A DNA stretch of 63,438 bases, from NCBI GenBank assembly GCA_043770255.1, contig JAYVIL010000085.1:1-63438 (forward strand). The letters run 5' to 3'. Each line of letters begins with the position of its first letter. Position 1 is the stretch's first letter. Source of the stretch: Candidatus Kaiserbacteria bacterium (lineage in GTDB: Bacteria > Patescibacteriota > Minisyncoccia > Phycocordibacterales > UBA918). Positions 53,314 through 62,963 of this stretch are shown piece after piece. The notes under the pieces are model-generated. The model saw only the letters and a program-made list of their open reading frames with translations, had not been told where the DNA came from and did not search any database. Position numbers and translations under genes: made by a program.

Positions 53314-54074
53314 TAATTAGCGCTACTGACAATTTTCCCAAAATCAACCGGCTTTAAACTCGCGCCGCCTACAAGAAATCCATCGACCCCAGAGCCGGAA
53401 GAAAGCTCGTGCGCATTATCGGCATTCACTGAACCGCCATATACTACCCGTACACTACGTGCGACCGCCCGATCAAATTGTTTCGTCAATACTTTTTTAA
53501 TAAACATTTGCATTTCCTCTACATCAGCCGCAGTTGCGGTTGCTCCTGTACCAATCGCCCAAATAGGCTCATAGGCAATTACGACGTCTTTTAGGCGAGA
53601 TTTCGGTAGCGCAGCTAGAGCAGTCGTCACTTGTTGTTCAATGAGCGACAAAAAATTGCCTTGGACATCACGGATTTCCTCACCCACACAAATAATTGGT
53701 GACAACTTGGCCACGGTCGCAGCTAACACTTTTTTAGCAATCTGTTCATTTGTTTCTCCCATCTTACGCCGCTCGGAATGCCCCAGAATAACAAACGCGG
53801 CGCCGGCCTCGCGCAACTGCACAGCAGCGTGTTCGCCGGTATATGCCCCTTTAACATCAACGTGGCAGTTTTGAGCACCGAGATGGAGCGGACCTTTCCC
53901 GATAATTTTTTGCACCTCGGTGATATAAAGGTGTGGTACCGCTACTACAACAGTGACGGTAGGATTTTTCTTTGCAATTGTTACCGTCGCCTTAGCTAAA
54001 CTTTTGGCTTCCGTCAAAGAAGCTGGGTTCATCTTCCAATTGGCGATAACGAGCGGTCTTTTTACTTGTGACAT
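53313..54074 (-). CDS. tpiA: triosephosphate isomerase
   Basis: IANWKMN, GHSERR and YEPIWAIGTG. The ATG at 54074 is preferred. Confidence 0.95.
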   Translation of the reverse strand: MSQVKRPLVIANWKMNPASLTEAKSLAKATVTIAKKNPTVTVVVAVPHLYITEVQKIIGKGPLHLGAQNCHVDVKGAYTGEHAAVQLREAGAAFVILGHSERRKMGETNEQIAKKVLAATVAKLSPIICVGEEIRDVQGNFLSLIEQQVTTALAALPKSRLKDVVIAYEPIWAIGTGATATAADVEEMQMFIKKVLTKQFDRAVARSVRVVYGGSVNADNAHELSSGSGVDGFLVGGASLKPVDFGKIVSSAN

Positions 54075-54095
54075 ACGGCTAAATTGTAGCATATG

Positions 54096-54128
54096 AAAAA
54101 CGAGACTACTCGGAGCAGTCTCGTTTTA
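54096..54128. terminator. terminator separating the pilus genes from tpiA-pgk
   Basis: AAAAACGAGACT-ACTCGGAGC-AGTCTCGTTTT. Confidence 0.6.
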
Positions 54129-54136
54129 TCTCACGC

Positions 54137-55555
54137 TTAGTTGGCGTCCTGCCAGTCAGAGAATGAGTAGTCGTCAGATGTCACTGGAATGAGTGGAGGT
54201 GGATTTGCCACTAAATTTCTATCGTAGGTGGTGTACCGATTATTAAAGCCTGAAATATAGGTACCGCTTCCGTTAACCCATTTAGTACCAACTCTGCCAT
54301 TTGAAACAATCGTGCCGTTTAATGTGAGTGAATTCCGCATTATATACTCCTCCCAAGCATTAGGTATTGATGTGTCATAATGGTTTCGACCAAATTTACC
54401 AGTTTGAGCTAAAAAGATACCGTACAGAGTCATATCGTCCGGTACTTCTAACCCGATTAAAATATCGTATTCGGCAATAGCTAGTAATCCAGAAGTGGCA
54501 TTGGCATACGTAATATTATTATTAAGAATAATAGAAGGATTAACAGTATTACTTGATACATTTGCCACTGCGATCGTAGCTTTCCCTTGCACAACTCCTT
54601 CGAGCCAGACTTGATCCTCGACATAAATTACCGGACACAGTGGATTAAGGGCATAGGTACCAATGAGGGTAGTGCCGTTTAAAATATTCATTTGTTGACC
54701 CCAGGCATACCCATTTGGTTCATTAACTTTTCCGTTAACACGTCGCACTTCATAGGTTCCGTTGCTCTTAAATATAATATGGTACCCTTCTCTGCCTGAC
54801 GGTCCAATGTACCGGCCGCTATTATTTTGTGCTTTATCTTTTATATCGGCTAAATCAACAGTTACACCAGCAAAATTAATAGGAGCCGACGGATAATCAA
54901 ACAAGGCAGTATTGGGATTTGCGGTTGTAGTAAATACTCCATTGCGAGTAGTAGTCGGGGAGCAACCAAAGCCCGGGGTACAGCTCCAATCGGTTTGCCC
55001 GCTTGTGACTACAGAATTATTGCGACCATCAAAACGAATGCCTCCGTTTGAATGATACGGGCCCGTTATTTGAGCGTCAGATCCAACCCAAACGTTCGCA
55101 TTAAGAATATAGGAGTAATCTGCAATTGTAGGCCGAGCGTAGCGAGCACTGAGTGTCTTCTTGATATCAGGCTGTTCATACGTACTACCGATTGAAGTGA
55201 CTTTAATTGAAGCTAAATCGCCACAGTAAGTAGTGCTGGCGACGGTTAGTGAATATTCTCCAATCGCGCCTCCTTCTGGATCATTATAGATACCCACATA
55301 AGGTCCCGGCAGTCCAGTACCGTTAGTGACATCATTTGGATAATGCGCTAAAAACCACTTGTAATAATTGAGGCCAGCCTCGGCTATTTGTCCGGCTGTT
55401 TCCACCTCCACCCGCTGAGCAATGAGTTTACTCTGGGTGACAATAAAAACAGTGAACGAACTGATGATGGTGAAAAAAATTGACCCAAATACTAAAACCA
55501 AAATCATTAAGTAACCTCTGTTATTTTTTTTGGCTGTAGTTGTTTGCATATACAT
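54137..55555 (-). CDS. pilus-associated membrane-anchored protein (PilX-N-like N-terminus)
   Basis: N-terminal RGYLMILVLVFGSIFFTIISSF anchor, then a large beta-rich ectodomain. It is the last gene of the pilus cluster. Confidence 0.45.
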   Translation of the reverse strand: MYMQTTTAKKNNRGYLMILVLVFGSIFFTIISSFTVFIVTQSKLIAQRVEVETAGQIAEAGLNYYKWFLAHYPNDVTNGTGLPGPYVGIYNDPEGGAIGEYSLTVASTTYCGDLASIKVTSIGSTYEQPDIKKTLSARYARPTIADYSYILNANVWVGSDAQITGPYHSNGGIRFDGRNNSVVTSGQTDWSCTPGFGCSPTTTRNGVFTTTANPNTALFDYPSAPINFAGVTVDLADIKDKAQNNSGRYIGPSGREGYHIIFKSNGTYEVRRVNGKVNEPNGYAWGQQMNILNGTTLIGTYALNPLCPVIYVEDQVWLEGVVQGKATIAVANVSSNTVNPSIILNNNITYANATSGLLAIAEYDILIGLEVPDDMTLYGIFLAQTGKFGRNHYDTSIPNAWEEYIMRNSLTLNGTIVSNGRVGTKWVNGSGTYISGFNNRYTTYDRNLVANPPPLIPVTSDDYSFSDWQDAN

Positions 55556-55560
55556 TCGTA

Positions 55561-56193
55561 CTAGAGATTGGTTTTAAGATTTCGTGGAGCAGCACTACCT
55601 TGGAGCATGAACTCTCCCGGTGAACGTACAGGGTCGATGTTTACAATAATATTCATCGTGATGTACGTCACATCAGAGATCATCGCCTGCGGTGCAGCAA
55701 TCAGTGCACCATTACTATCATAGTACTTGAAGATCACTACATTCTGTGGTCCGTTTTGCACATACTCAGACATAATCTCAACTAAACTCGGAGTAGTAGT
55801 ACTGTACGTTGAGGAAGCGGTTGGATTATACGTATATTTACGAAGCGTGGTCGTTGCACCAAGGACATACTCAACGTACTCAACACTGTTATCTTTGTCA
55901 ATATCACTATAAAAACCAATTGTACTCGTACCGGCTTTAACAAGCGCAAAAGCACCGTTGGCACTAATAGTCATTTCTCGAGCATCTCGTACCCAAGTGC
56001 CGAGACCTTTGCGAGCCACTTCAATTTCATTTGATTGTTCAAACGTATAACTGTGGTTTTTGTAGAGCTGCGTAATAGTACTAGTAATTACCAAAAGTAA
56101 AACTGTATTGAGTGCTACGATAACAATGGCCTCAATCAGCGTAAAACCGAAATTTTGTACTTGATTTCGACTAGACCTAATTGAACTGTCCAT
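55561..56193 (-). CDS. type IV pilin-like / pseudopilin protein
   Basis: Prepilin-type N-terminal motif QNFGFTLIEAIVIVAL. Confidence 0.65.
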   Translation of the reverse strand: MDSSIRSSRNQVQNFGFTLIEAIVIVALNTVLLLVITSTITQLYKNHSYTFEQSNEIEVARKGLGTWVRDAREMTISANGAFALVKAGTSTIGFYSDIDKDNSVEYVEYVLGATTTLRKYTYNPTASSTYSTTTPSLVEIMSEYVQNGPQNVVIFKYYDSNGALIAAPQAMISDVTYITMNIIVNIDPVRSPGEFMLQGSAAPRNLKTNL

Positions 56194-56200
56194 ATAATAA

Positions 56201-57937
56201 TTACAAGGTAATGTTTTTTACTTCATCACCGCTCACATCTATGTTGGTCAAGTTTTGAGCGGTATAACCGACTGCAGAAACATCTAACGTGTAGTCAGAA
56301 GCCGGTGTTAAGCTACCAAAGAACACCTGACCGCAACCACCGGTTATTTTAGTATCCGAAAAAGTTCCTTGCTCAAGCACCACCTCAGCTCCAATCACTG
56401 GAGTACCACCTGCTGTTCTCACTACCACCCGCATAGTATTGGCTGTATCAGCGGCAAACAGAAGTTCTAAATTAATTGTGGAGCCTGGACTTGGATTAAG
56501 TCCGCTCGGATCACAAACTGAGGCAATGTCATACCCAGAGGCATCGACACTATACGTGTCCGCCTCAATACCGTTTAATGACAACAGTCCTTGTGCGCTG
56601 GTGGTAGTACTAATTATTGTTTTGTACACTAACGACGTATCAGCTAAGGTACCGATACTTTTGGCCCCAGTAAATATTACTGCTCTATTTGCAAATAAAG
56701 TCTTTGATTCTATGTATCCCAAAACTAAATTATCAACTTGCGGTGTTTCATTACTATTAGTTGACGTCAGAGTAATACCAACAGTTACAGCTGGATAGAC
56801 CCCTGCATCCAGTTCACTTATATTTACTGCGCCTAAGCTAAAACCGCCACTGTTACCGGCGAGCTCACTATCAGGAATGAGGGTGTACGCACTGCTGCTG
56901 CCGGTATAAAATCGCACGAGCACATTGGTGTTAGCATTTTTACTACCTTCAATCAGAAGGTAGTCCCAACCCGAAATTGGTACCGGCACGCTTTCATCCA
57001 AGTAAGCTGTACCCAGCAGACTATACGAGCCAGGAGCACCGCTCAGTTGTAATCGCCCACCTACAACCGATGTATTAGTTGAGGTCGCTATCCCTACCGG
57101 AGGAGTAAATGTTTCAGTAAATTGATTTGGCACTTTTGAGGCCAATGCAGTAACGGACAAATTACTTAGGCTATCAATAAAAAAGTTCATCGTAGAAATA
57201 CTTGATTCTACAACAGCAATTGGCTGAGTAGTGGGGTTGGGCAGAGTAGTCGTTGCGGGGTAGGTCTGATCAGTTGAATACCCAGGAGCAGTCACGAAAA
57301 TTTCATAACCTCCCCCCGCCGGAGCGCCACCAAATAACGCCACTCCCGAAGCATCCGCCCCTCGTGTCACGTCTATATTGGGGACTAGGGTCTTATTAAC
57401 CAGTCGTACATCGGCTCCTGGCAAAGGCAAGTTATCAAAATCAAAAACATTCACCCGCACTGTTCCTCCTCCAACGTCGGTCTCAATCGACCGCGGAATA
57501 ATATTAGTGACTAAAAACACTTCTTTGGTCACTCCCCGTAAGGTCCACTCGAGCGTCACCTTTGCCTGTTTATAATCGGTCGTAATACCGTTACTATCAG
57601 CCCCCGCCAAGCCATCAGCATCGTCATCAATGTACTCAACCAAGACGCGCTTGGTAAACACAATGCCGTTGAGACTAGTCGTGCTGACTTGAGGGATCAG
57701 ACCCGACGGAATACCAGACACGGTGCCCACCGCGTTATATGACAGAGACCTGATATACTCCATGCCGTCGTTGGCGAGCGTGAGCGCAGTCAGTTTGGCT
57801 CGGCTATGGGAAATTAGTTCAAGTGAATAACGGAAACTAATTAAAAGTCCCCCAAATACCACCAACATAATGGCCGACACAATCAAAATCTCCACTAGTG
57901 AAAGTCCTCTATTTTTTTGTAATTTATTTAATACCAT
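56201..57937 (-). CDS. large pilin-like protein with prepilin-type N-terminus and carboxypeptidase-regulatory-like beta domains
   Basis: KNRGLSLVEILIVSAIMLVVFGG, and repeats such as VRVNVFD...PLPGADVRLVN. The gene overlaps the pilC end. Confidence 0.6.
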   Translation of the reverse strand: MVLNKLQKNRGLSLVEILIVSAIMLVVFGGLLISFRYSLELISHSRAKLTALTLANDGMEYIRSLSYNAVGTVSGIPSGLIPQVSTTSLNGIVFTKRVLVEYIDDDADGLAGADSNGITTDYKQAKVTLEWTLRGVTKEVFLVTNIIPRSIETDVGGGTVRVNVFDFDNLPLPGADVRLVNKTLVPNIDVTRGADASGVALFGGAPAGGGYEIFVTAPGYSTDQTYPATTTLPNPTTQPIAVVESSISTMNFFIDSLSNLSVTALASKVPNQFTETFTPPVGIATSTNTSVVGGRLQLSGAPGSYSLLGTAYLDESVPVPISGWDYLLIEGSKNANTNVLVRFYTGSSSAYTLIPDSELAGNSGGFSLGAVNISELDAGVYPAVTVGITLTSTNSNETPQVDNLVLGYIESKTLFANRAVIFTGAKSIGTLADTSLVYKTIISTTTSAQGLLSLNGIEADTYSVDASGYDIASVCDPSGLNPSPGSTINLELLFAADTANTMRVVVRTAGGTPVIGAEVVLEQGTFSDTKITGGCGQVFFGSLTPASDYTLDVSAVGYTAQNLTNIDVSGDEVKNITL

Positions 57938-59153
57938 CGCCAATTGAATAAATCGGAGCAATCAGTGCCAGAGCAAAGAACCCCACTCCACCACCAATCA
58001 CAATCATGAGAAGCGGTTCAATGATCGTGGACAAGTCTTTGGTCTTTCGCTCCACCTCGTTCTCATAAAATATAGCCAGCTCACCGAGCATCCCGGCAAT
58101 TTGACCGGTCTCTTCACCGACCAAGATCATTTCGCCGACGAGCACCGGGTAGAGGTCAGTTCGCTCGACAAATGACTCCGACAAAGGCGTCCCCTTTTCC
58201 ACCCGGTCACGCGCATTACGGATAATTTGTTTATAAAAATAATTCTGGACTACTTCCTCGGTAATCTCGAGCGCCTGCATCACGTCGACACCCGAGTTGA
58301 GCAAAGACGAGAGCGTACGGGCGGTTCGGGCAGAGTTAGTTTCTTTTGCGAGCATACCAATCACCGGCAACTTAGGAACCAACCATGATGTCGCAATCTT
58401 ACCGTACTTTGTTCGTAGTCCGTACATCAGCAAAAACACAAAACCGATCATTCCACCCACCGCCAAAAAAGTATACTGAACAAAGAAATCGCTGGTGGAA
58501 ATTAAAAATTGAGTGGTGCCAGGTAGTTCTGTGCCCATATCCTTAAATACCCCGGTAATTTGCGGCATTACAAATATCATCATCAGCACCCCGATAATCA
58601 CCATCGCAATCAGCACAATCGATGGATACATCATGGCGCCTTTGATTTTCTTCTTGAGATTAGTTGCTCGTTCCATCTGTACCGCTAGCGTCTGGAGTGA
58701 ACCAGCCAAATTACCACTTTCTTCGCCGGCCTTAATCATAGCTACGTACAAATCACTGAATACTTCTGGGAAGTCATTCAAGGATTCAAAAAATTGTCCG
58801 CCTTTATTGATTTTATCAACCAACTGTTTAGTGACCCCTTTCAGTTTCGCATTAGTACTTTGCCGTTCAATCACCGACAGGGCTCGAGTAATCGTGAGGC
58901 CAGCAGTAAGCATCGAGCCTAGGTTTCGTGTCATCATTACCAACTCATCTTGTTTTACCTTGCCCAGCTTGTAGTTAATCGCCTCTATGTCAATGAGGTT
59001 TTTAAATGAAAAACCACTTGACTCAGTAATTCCATCAACCGTATGGCCGTTACTGCGCGCTATGTCATAGACTGCGTACCGATCATCAGCCGTAACCGTC
59101 TCTTTGACTTTTTTTCCTTCTGTATCTAAACCAGTGTAGATAAATTTTGCCAT
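57924..59153 (-). CDS. pilC: type IV pilus assembly platform protein PilC (GspF family)
   Basis: 409 aa with two T2SSF repeats (MTRNLGSMLTAGLTITRAL; ARTLSSLLNSGVDVMQAL) and three TM segments. Confidence 0.9.
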   Translation of the reverse strand: MAKFIYTGLDTEGKKVKETVTADDRYAVYDIARSNGHTVDGITESSGFSFKNLIDIEAINYKLGKVKQDELVMMTRNLGSMLTAGLTITRALSVIERQSTNAKLKGVTKQLVDKINKGGQFFESLNDFPEVFSDLYVAMIKAGEESGNLAGSLQTLAVQMERATNLKKKIKGAMMYPSIVLIAMVIIGVLMMIFVMPQITGVFKDMGTELPGTTQFLISTSDFFVQYTFLAVGGMIGFVFLLMYGLRTKYGKIATSWLVPKLPVIGMLAKETNSARTARTLSSLLNSGVDVMQALEITEEVVQNYFYKQIIRNARDRVEKGTPLSESFVERTDLYPVLVGEMILVGEETGQIAGMLGELAIFYENEVERKTKDLSTIIEPLLMIVIGGGVGFFALALIAPIYSIGDGIK

Positions 59154-59159
59154 GATAGT

Positions 59160-60911
59160 TTATTCACTAATCACGCGCAGGACTTCTTCGATAGAAGTGA
59201 GTCCGCGGGCAGCTTTATAGATACCGTCTTCCATCATGGTGAGCATTCCTTCCTTGCGTGCCTGTACTTCAAGCTCATCTCCCGTTTTATGAGCCATCAC
59301 CATATCCTTAATCGTCGCTGACATCTCGAGCACTTCATGAATACCCATCCGTCCGGCGTAACCATCTTCTGTCTGACCCTTTTCCTTTGGATGATAAAAG
59401 GTAACATCATTCCAGGTAGCATCGTCTTTTATCATTTTTTCTTCTTTGAGTGTTGCCAACACTAAATCCATATTTACATGATTAGCCAATTCGTCTCGTT
59501 CAGCTTTAGATAATAAATACGGTATTTTATCATCGGACAATTTACGTACGAGCCTCTGTCCAATCGCTACCCGCAGAGTGGACACAAGCAAAAAGGATTC
59601 AATACCCATGTCAATCAACCGAGCAATGGTGCCCGAGGAAGAATTAGTGTGCACAGTAGCGAGCACTAAGTGCCCAGTGAGCGCTGCATTAATGGCTAAA
59701 CTGGCAGTTTCTTGGTCACGAATTTCTCCAACCATAATAATGTCCGGATCCTGTCGCATCAGTGACCGCAGGCCAGCCGCAAAGGTGAACCCGATATCGG
59801 GTTTTACTTGAGTTTGATTAACTCTGGCCATTTGGTACTCGATCGGGTCTTCCACCGTTGAAATGTTCACGTCGGGAGTATTAAGCAAATCAAGAATCGT
59901 GTACAGAGTCGTAGATTTACCTGAACCAGTTGGCCCGGTGACTAAAATAATACCGGTAGTAGCGCGCGTAGCTTTATGGATCCGTTCGAGTGTACTCCCG
60001 TGAAAACCAATGCCTTCGAGCGAAAATCCCGTACGATTTTCGCGCAATAAACGCATCACCACTTTTTCGCCGTAATAGACAGGCAACATCGACACACGGA
60101 ACGCCACCTTTTGTCCATCCATTTCCATTTTGAAACGACCATCCTGGGGTAGGCGTTTTTGGTCCAACTTTAGATTTGAGAGTACCTTCAAACGCGCGAC
60201 AATCGTACCTGAGGCAATCTTTGGCAACTTCATCGCATCATTTAAAATACCATCAATACGGTAGCGCACGAGCACTTCCTCTTCCATTGGTTCAATATGA
60301 ATATCAGACGCGCCTTGAATAATGGCGTGCCGCAGTAGGGTGTCAACAATTCGCACCACCGGCAAATCCTCTGCCATCTTTTTCAAATCAGCTTCGGAAA
60401 CTTCTTCACCATCAGCGTCAGCGACTATTTTGATAGCTGAAGCATCCTTCATGATCAAGTCACCAAACTCATCTTTGAGGTTTTTTTGGTACTGCCGCAG
60501 TGCTCCGCGCATCGATTCAGTATCGGTGAGGCGCGGCAAGATCTTCAAGCCCACTTTTTTCTTTATAAAATCAATCGCCGGCAAATCAGCCGTGTCGAGC
60601 ATCGCGACTTCAAGTGTGTATTCGTTTTTCTTGAAGGCAATAATATTGTGCGTTCGGGCCACCGGCTCAGGAATGAGCGCCAGAATTTCAAAATCAATCT
60701 TGATGTCTTTGAGGGACACAAACGGAATCCCGAGTACGTATGATTCTACCCGTCGCATATCGTCCTCAGTCAGGTAGCCACCAGCGATTAAAGCCTCGGC
60801 CAAGGTTCTCTTTTCATCTGTCGCCACTTTTTCGGCACTCGCAATATCCACCTTGGTCACAAGGTTAGAATCAAGGATGAATTTTTTTAATTGATCATCG
60901 AGGATACGCAT
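59160..60911 (-). CDS. pilB: type IV pilus assembly ATPase PilB (GspE family)
   Basis: Walker A GPTGSGKST, Asp/His boxes, and an N-terminal GSPII_E-like domain. The ATG at 60911 has a GGAG SD. Confidence 0.92.
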   Translation of the reverse strand: MRILDDQLKKFILDSNLVTKVDIASAEKVATDEKRTLAEALIAGGYLTEDDMRRVESYVLGIPFVSLKDIKIDFEILALIPEPVARTHNIIAFKKNEYTLEVAMLDTADLPAIDFIKKKVGLKILPRLTDTESMRGALRQYQKNLKDEFGDLIMKDASAIKIVADADGEEVSEADLKKMAEDLPVVRIVDTLLRHAIIQGASDIHIEPMEEEVLVRYRIDGILNDAMKLPKIASGTIVARLKVLSNLKLDQKRLPQDGRFKMEMDGQKVAFRVSMLPVYYGEKVVMRLLRENRTGFSLEGIGFHGSTLERIHKATRATTGIILVTGPTGSGKSTTLYTILDLLNTPDVNISTVEDPIEYQMARVNQTQVKPDIGFTFAAGLRSLMRQDPDIIMVGEIRDQETASLAINAALTGHLVLATVHTNSSSGTIARLIDMGIESFLLVSTLRVAIGQRLVRKLSDDKIPYLLSKAERDELANHVNMDLVLATLKEEKMIKDDATWNDVTFYHPKEKGQTEDGYAGRMGIHEVLEMSATIKDMVMAHKTGDELEVQARKEGMLTMMEDGIYKAARGLTSIEEVLRVISE

Positions 60912-61027
60912 AGCACTCCAAAAATTAACGAACAAAAGAACTTGTTGTCCGTACAGTATAGCAAACTTACCTTACATATTTATCAACAACTGTTTGCAAA
61001 TCAATAGCCGCTTCTATAAAAATACTT

Positions 61028-61056
61028 TTGACTTTTTTATAAAACCTCGCTATAGT
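61028..61056 (+). promoter_or_regulatory. candidate nusA promoter
   Basis: TTGACT (61028-61033), a 17-nt spacer, then TATAGT (61051-61056). Confidence 0.5.
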
Positions 61057-61070
61057 ATTTTTGACTCACA

Positions 61071-61095
61071 CGCGGGCTCGCAGCCCGCGTTTCTT
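61071..61095 (+). promoter_or_regulatory. terminator-like hairpin in the nusA 5' leader (possible attenuator)
   Basis: CGCGGGC-TCGCA-GCCCGCG followed by TTTCTTGT. It starts about 15 nt after the -10. Confidence 0.4.
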
Positions 61096-61138
61096 GTCAC
61101 AATTACAACTAAGAGGAATACCTCACCATACATATATT

Positions 61139-62566
61139 ATGTTCGATTTAAAAGTTATTCATGCGGTACTGACGGAGATGGAAGAAGAACGCGGTATACC
61201 TCGCGCCAAGATGATTGATGCGATTGAGCAATCACTCGCCACCGCCTATAAAAAAGAATTCGGAAAACGAGGGCAAATTATTAACGCCCAGTTTGATTTT
61301 GCGACTGGCGATACTAACTTCCATCAAGTAAAGATTGTGGTTGACGAAAGTATGCTTAAGGCACCACTGGAAGACGGCGAAGAAGCAGAGGAAGAGGAAG
61401 ACGTGATCCCTGATGCTGCCGGCCTCAAGAAAGTGCGTTTCGATGAAGAAAAGCACATCATGCTGTCGACTGCTCAGATGATTAAAAAAGGCGCTGAATT
61501 GGGAGAACAGCTTATTTTCCCACTGGAACCAAAAGACGACTTTGGTCGGATTGCTGCGCAAACAGCTAAACAAGTGATTGTCCAAAAAATTCGTGAAGCT
61601 GAAAAGGAATCAGCTCTCGCTGAATTCGGTTCAAAAGCTGGCGATATTGTGATTGGTCACGTGCAACGATTTGAACGTGGGAACCTCTACGTCGACCTCG
61701 GTCGCGTCACCGCTATTATGCCGTACGATGAACAAATCCCGGGCGAACGATACAAACCGGGCGAGAGAATCCGGGCCATTTTGCTCGCGGTAGAAGAAAC
61801 ACCACGGGGTATCTTCCTTAAGCTCTCACGCGCTCATGGTGACTTCCTCGCTGGATTATTTGCTATCGAGGCACCAGAACTACAAACCGGTGCGGTAGAA
61901 GTAAAGTCAGTTGCTCGTGAAGCAGGCGCTCGTTCAAAAATCGCTGTGTTTGCAACTGATTCACACATTGACCCAGTGGGATCAATGGTAGGACAACGCG
62001 GCGTACGGGTTTCAACCGTTATGTCAGAACTTGGTGGCGAAAAAATCGACATCATCGAATGGTCAGCTACACCCGCTGAATTCATCGAGGACGCTCTCTC
62101 ACCAGCTCAAGTACTGTCTGTACGAATTGTCTCTGAACCAAATGCCGAGCTAAACGAACGTGGACACGCGGTGGCTGAAGTAGCCCCTGACCAACAATCA
62201 CTCGCTATTGGGCGTGGTGGACAAAATGTTCGTCTGGCTGCCAAGTTAACCGGCTGGAAAATCGACATCGTATCAGCCCAAACTGGTGACGCGCTGGCTG
62301 AAGCCGACGCTTCGGGCGAAACTGTAATTGAAGCACCGGTTGATTCACCAGTCGGAACTGAAATTGATGATTTAGAAGATGAATCTGGTACTACCTTAGA
62401 ACCAATGGGTGTCGAAGACGACGCAGCAACCGGTGACCGCGACGCAGTTAATCCCGATGATGAAGAAATGGACGAAATTGATACCCCCGAAGAAGCTGAG
62501 GCGCTCGTAGTAGAGGAAGAAGCAATAGAAGCTGTTGATGAAGAAAAAGCCGAGGAGACAAAATAA
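61139..62566 (+). CDS. nusA: transcription termination/antitermination factor NusA with acidic C-terminal tail
   Basis: The N-terminal domain is MFDLKVIHAVLTEMEEERGIP.., the S1 domain has GDIVIGHVQRFERGNLYVDLG, and the KH domains have GRGGQNVRLAAKLTGWKIDI. The tail is D/E-rich. Confidence 0.92.
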   Translation: MFDLKVIHAVLTEMEEERGIPRAKMIDAIEQSLATAYKKEFGKRGQIINAQFDFATGDTNFHQVKIVVDESMLKAPLEDGEEAEEEEDVIPDAAGLKKVRFDEEKHIMLSTAQMIKKGAELGEQLIFPLEPKDDFGRIAAQTAKQVIVQKIREAEKESALAEFGSKAGDIVIGHVQRFERGNLYVDLGRVTAIMPYDEQIPGERYKPGERIRAILLAVEETPRGIFLKLSRAHGDFLAGLFAIEAPELQTGAVEVKSVAREAGARSKIAVFATDSHIDPVGSMVGQRGVRVSTVMSELGGEKIDIIEWSATPAEFIEDALSPAQVLSVRIVSEPNAELNERGHAVAEVAPDQQSLAIGRGGQNVRLAAKLTGWKIDIVSAQTGDALAEADASGETVIEAPVDSPVGTEIDDLEDESGTTLEPMGVEDDAATGDRDAVNPDDEEMDEIDTPEEAEALVVEEEAIEAVDEEKAEETK

Positions 62567-62585
62567 TCACCTCACTTAGCATTAT

Positions 62586-62617
62586 AAAAACCCGCAAGCG
62601 TAGCTTGCGGGTTTTTA
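62586..62617 (+). terminator. intrinsic terminator after nusA
   Basis: AAAAACCCGCAAGC-GTA-GCTTGCGGGTTTTT. Confidence 0.75.
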
Positions 62618-62884
62618 TATTTTTATAGTTTATTTTGCAAATCAAAATTATTACTACAAAAATAAGAATCCGTATAAATTTCTTTCCGTCACCGAACAGT
62701 CCGCCGAATTTCATTATTGTGTATAGCAAAAGAAAAATCCCCAGACCCCAATGTCAAAGTGACAAAGTGTCTGAGGATCAGAACTAAAGGAATGTAGTGT
62801 CAGTTGCCGGTATTATAACATAATTTTACTTAAATTACAAGCTATTTTTAGCCTTATTATTGGTTATTTCTGTTGCCAGTCTCC

Positions 62885-62954
62885 TATTCGTGCCAAAACA
62901 GGTCATTATTCGTGCCATTTTGGCATGAATAATGGTATACTTTGGCACGAATAA
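62885..62954. promoter_or_regulatory. nested palindromic operator array over the Fic promoter
   Basis: There are four half-sites: TATTCGTGCCA (62885-95), TTATTCGTGCCA (62906-17), TGGCATGAATAA (62921-32) and TGGCACGAATAA (62943-54). A TATACT -10 lies at 62936-41. Confidence 0.5.
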
Positions 62955-62963
62955 CTTAATATT

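Noticed and set aside
62448-62729. A 93-aa minus-strand ORF downstream of nusA
   Set aside because: It runs straight through the nusA terminator hairpin and into the antisense of the nusA acidic tail. The translation is low-complexity and Leu/Ile/Lys-rich.
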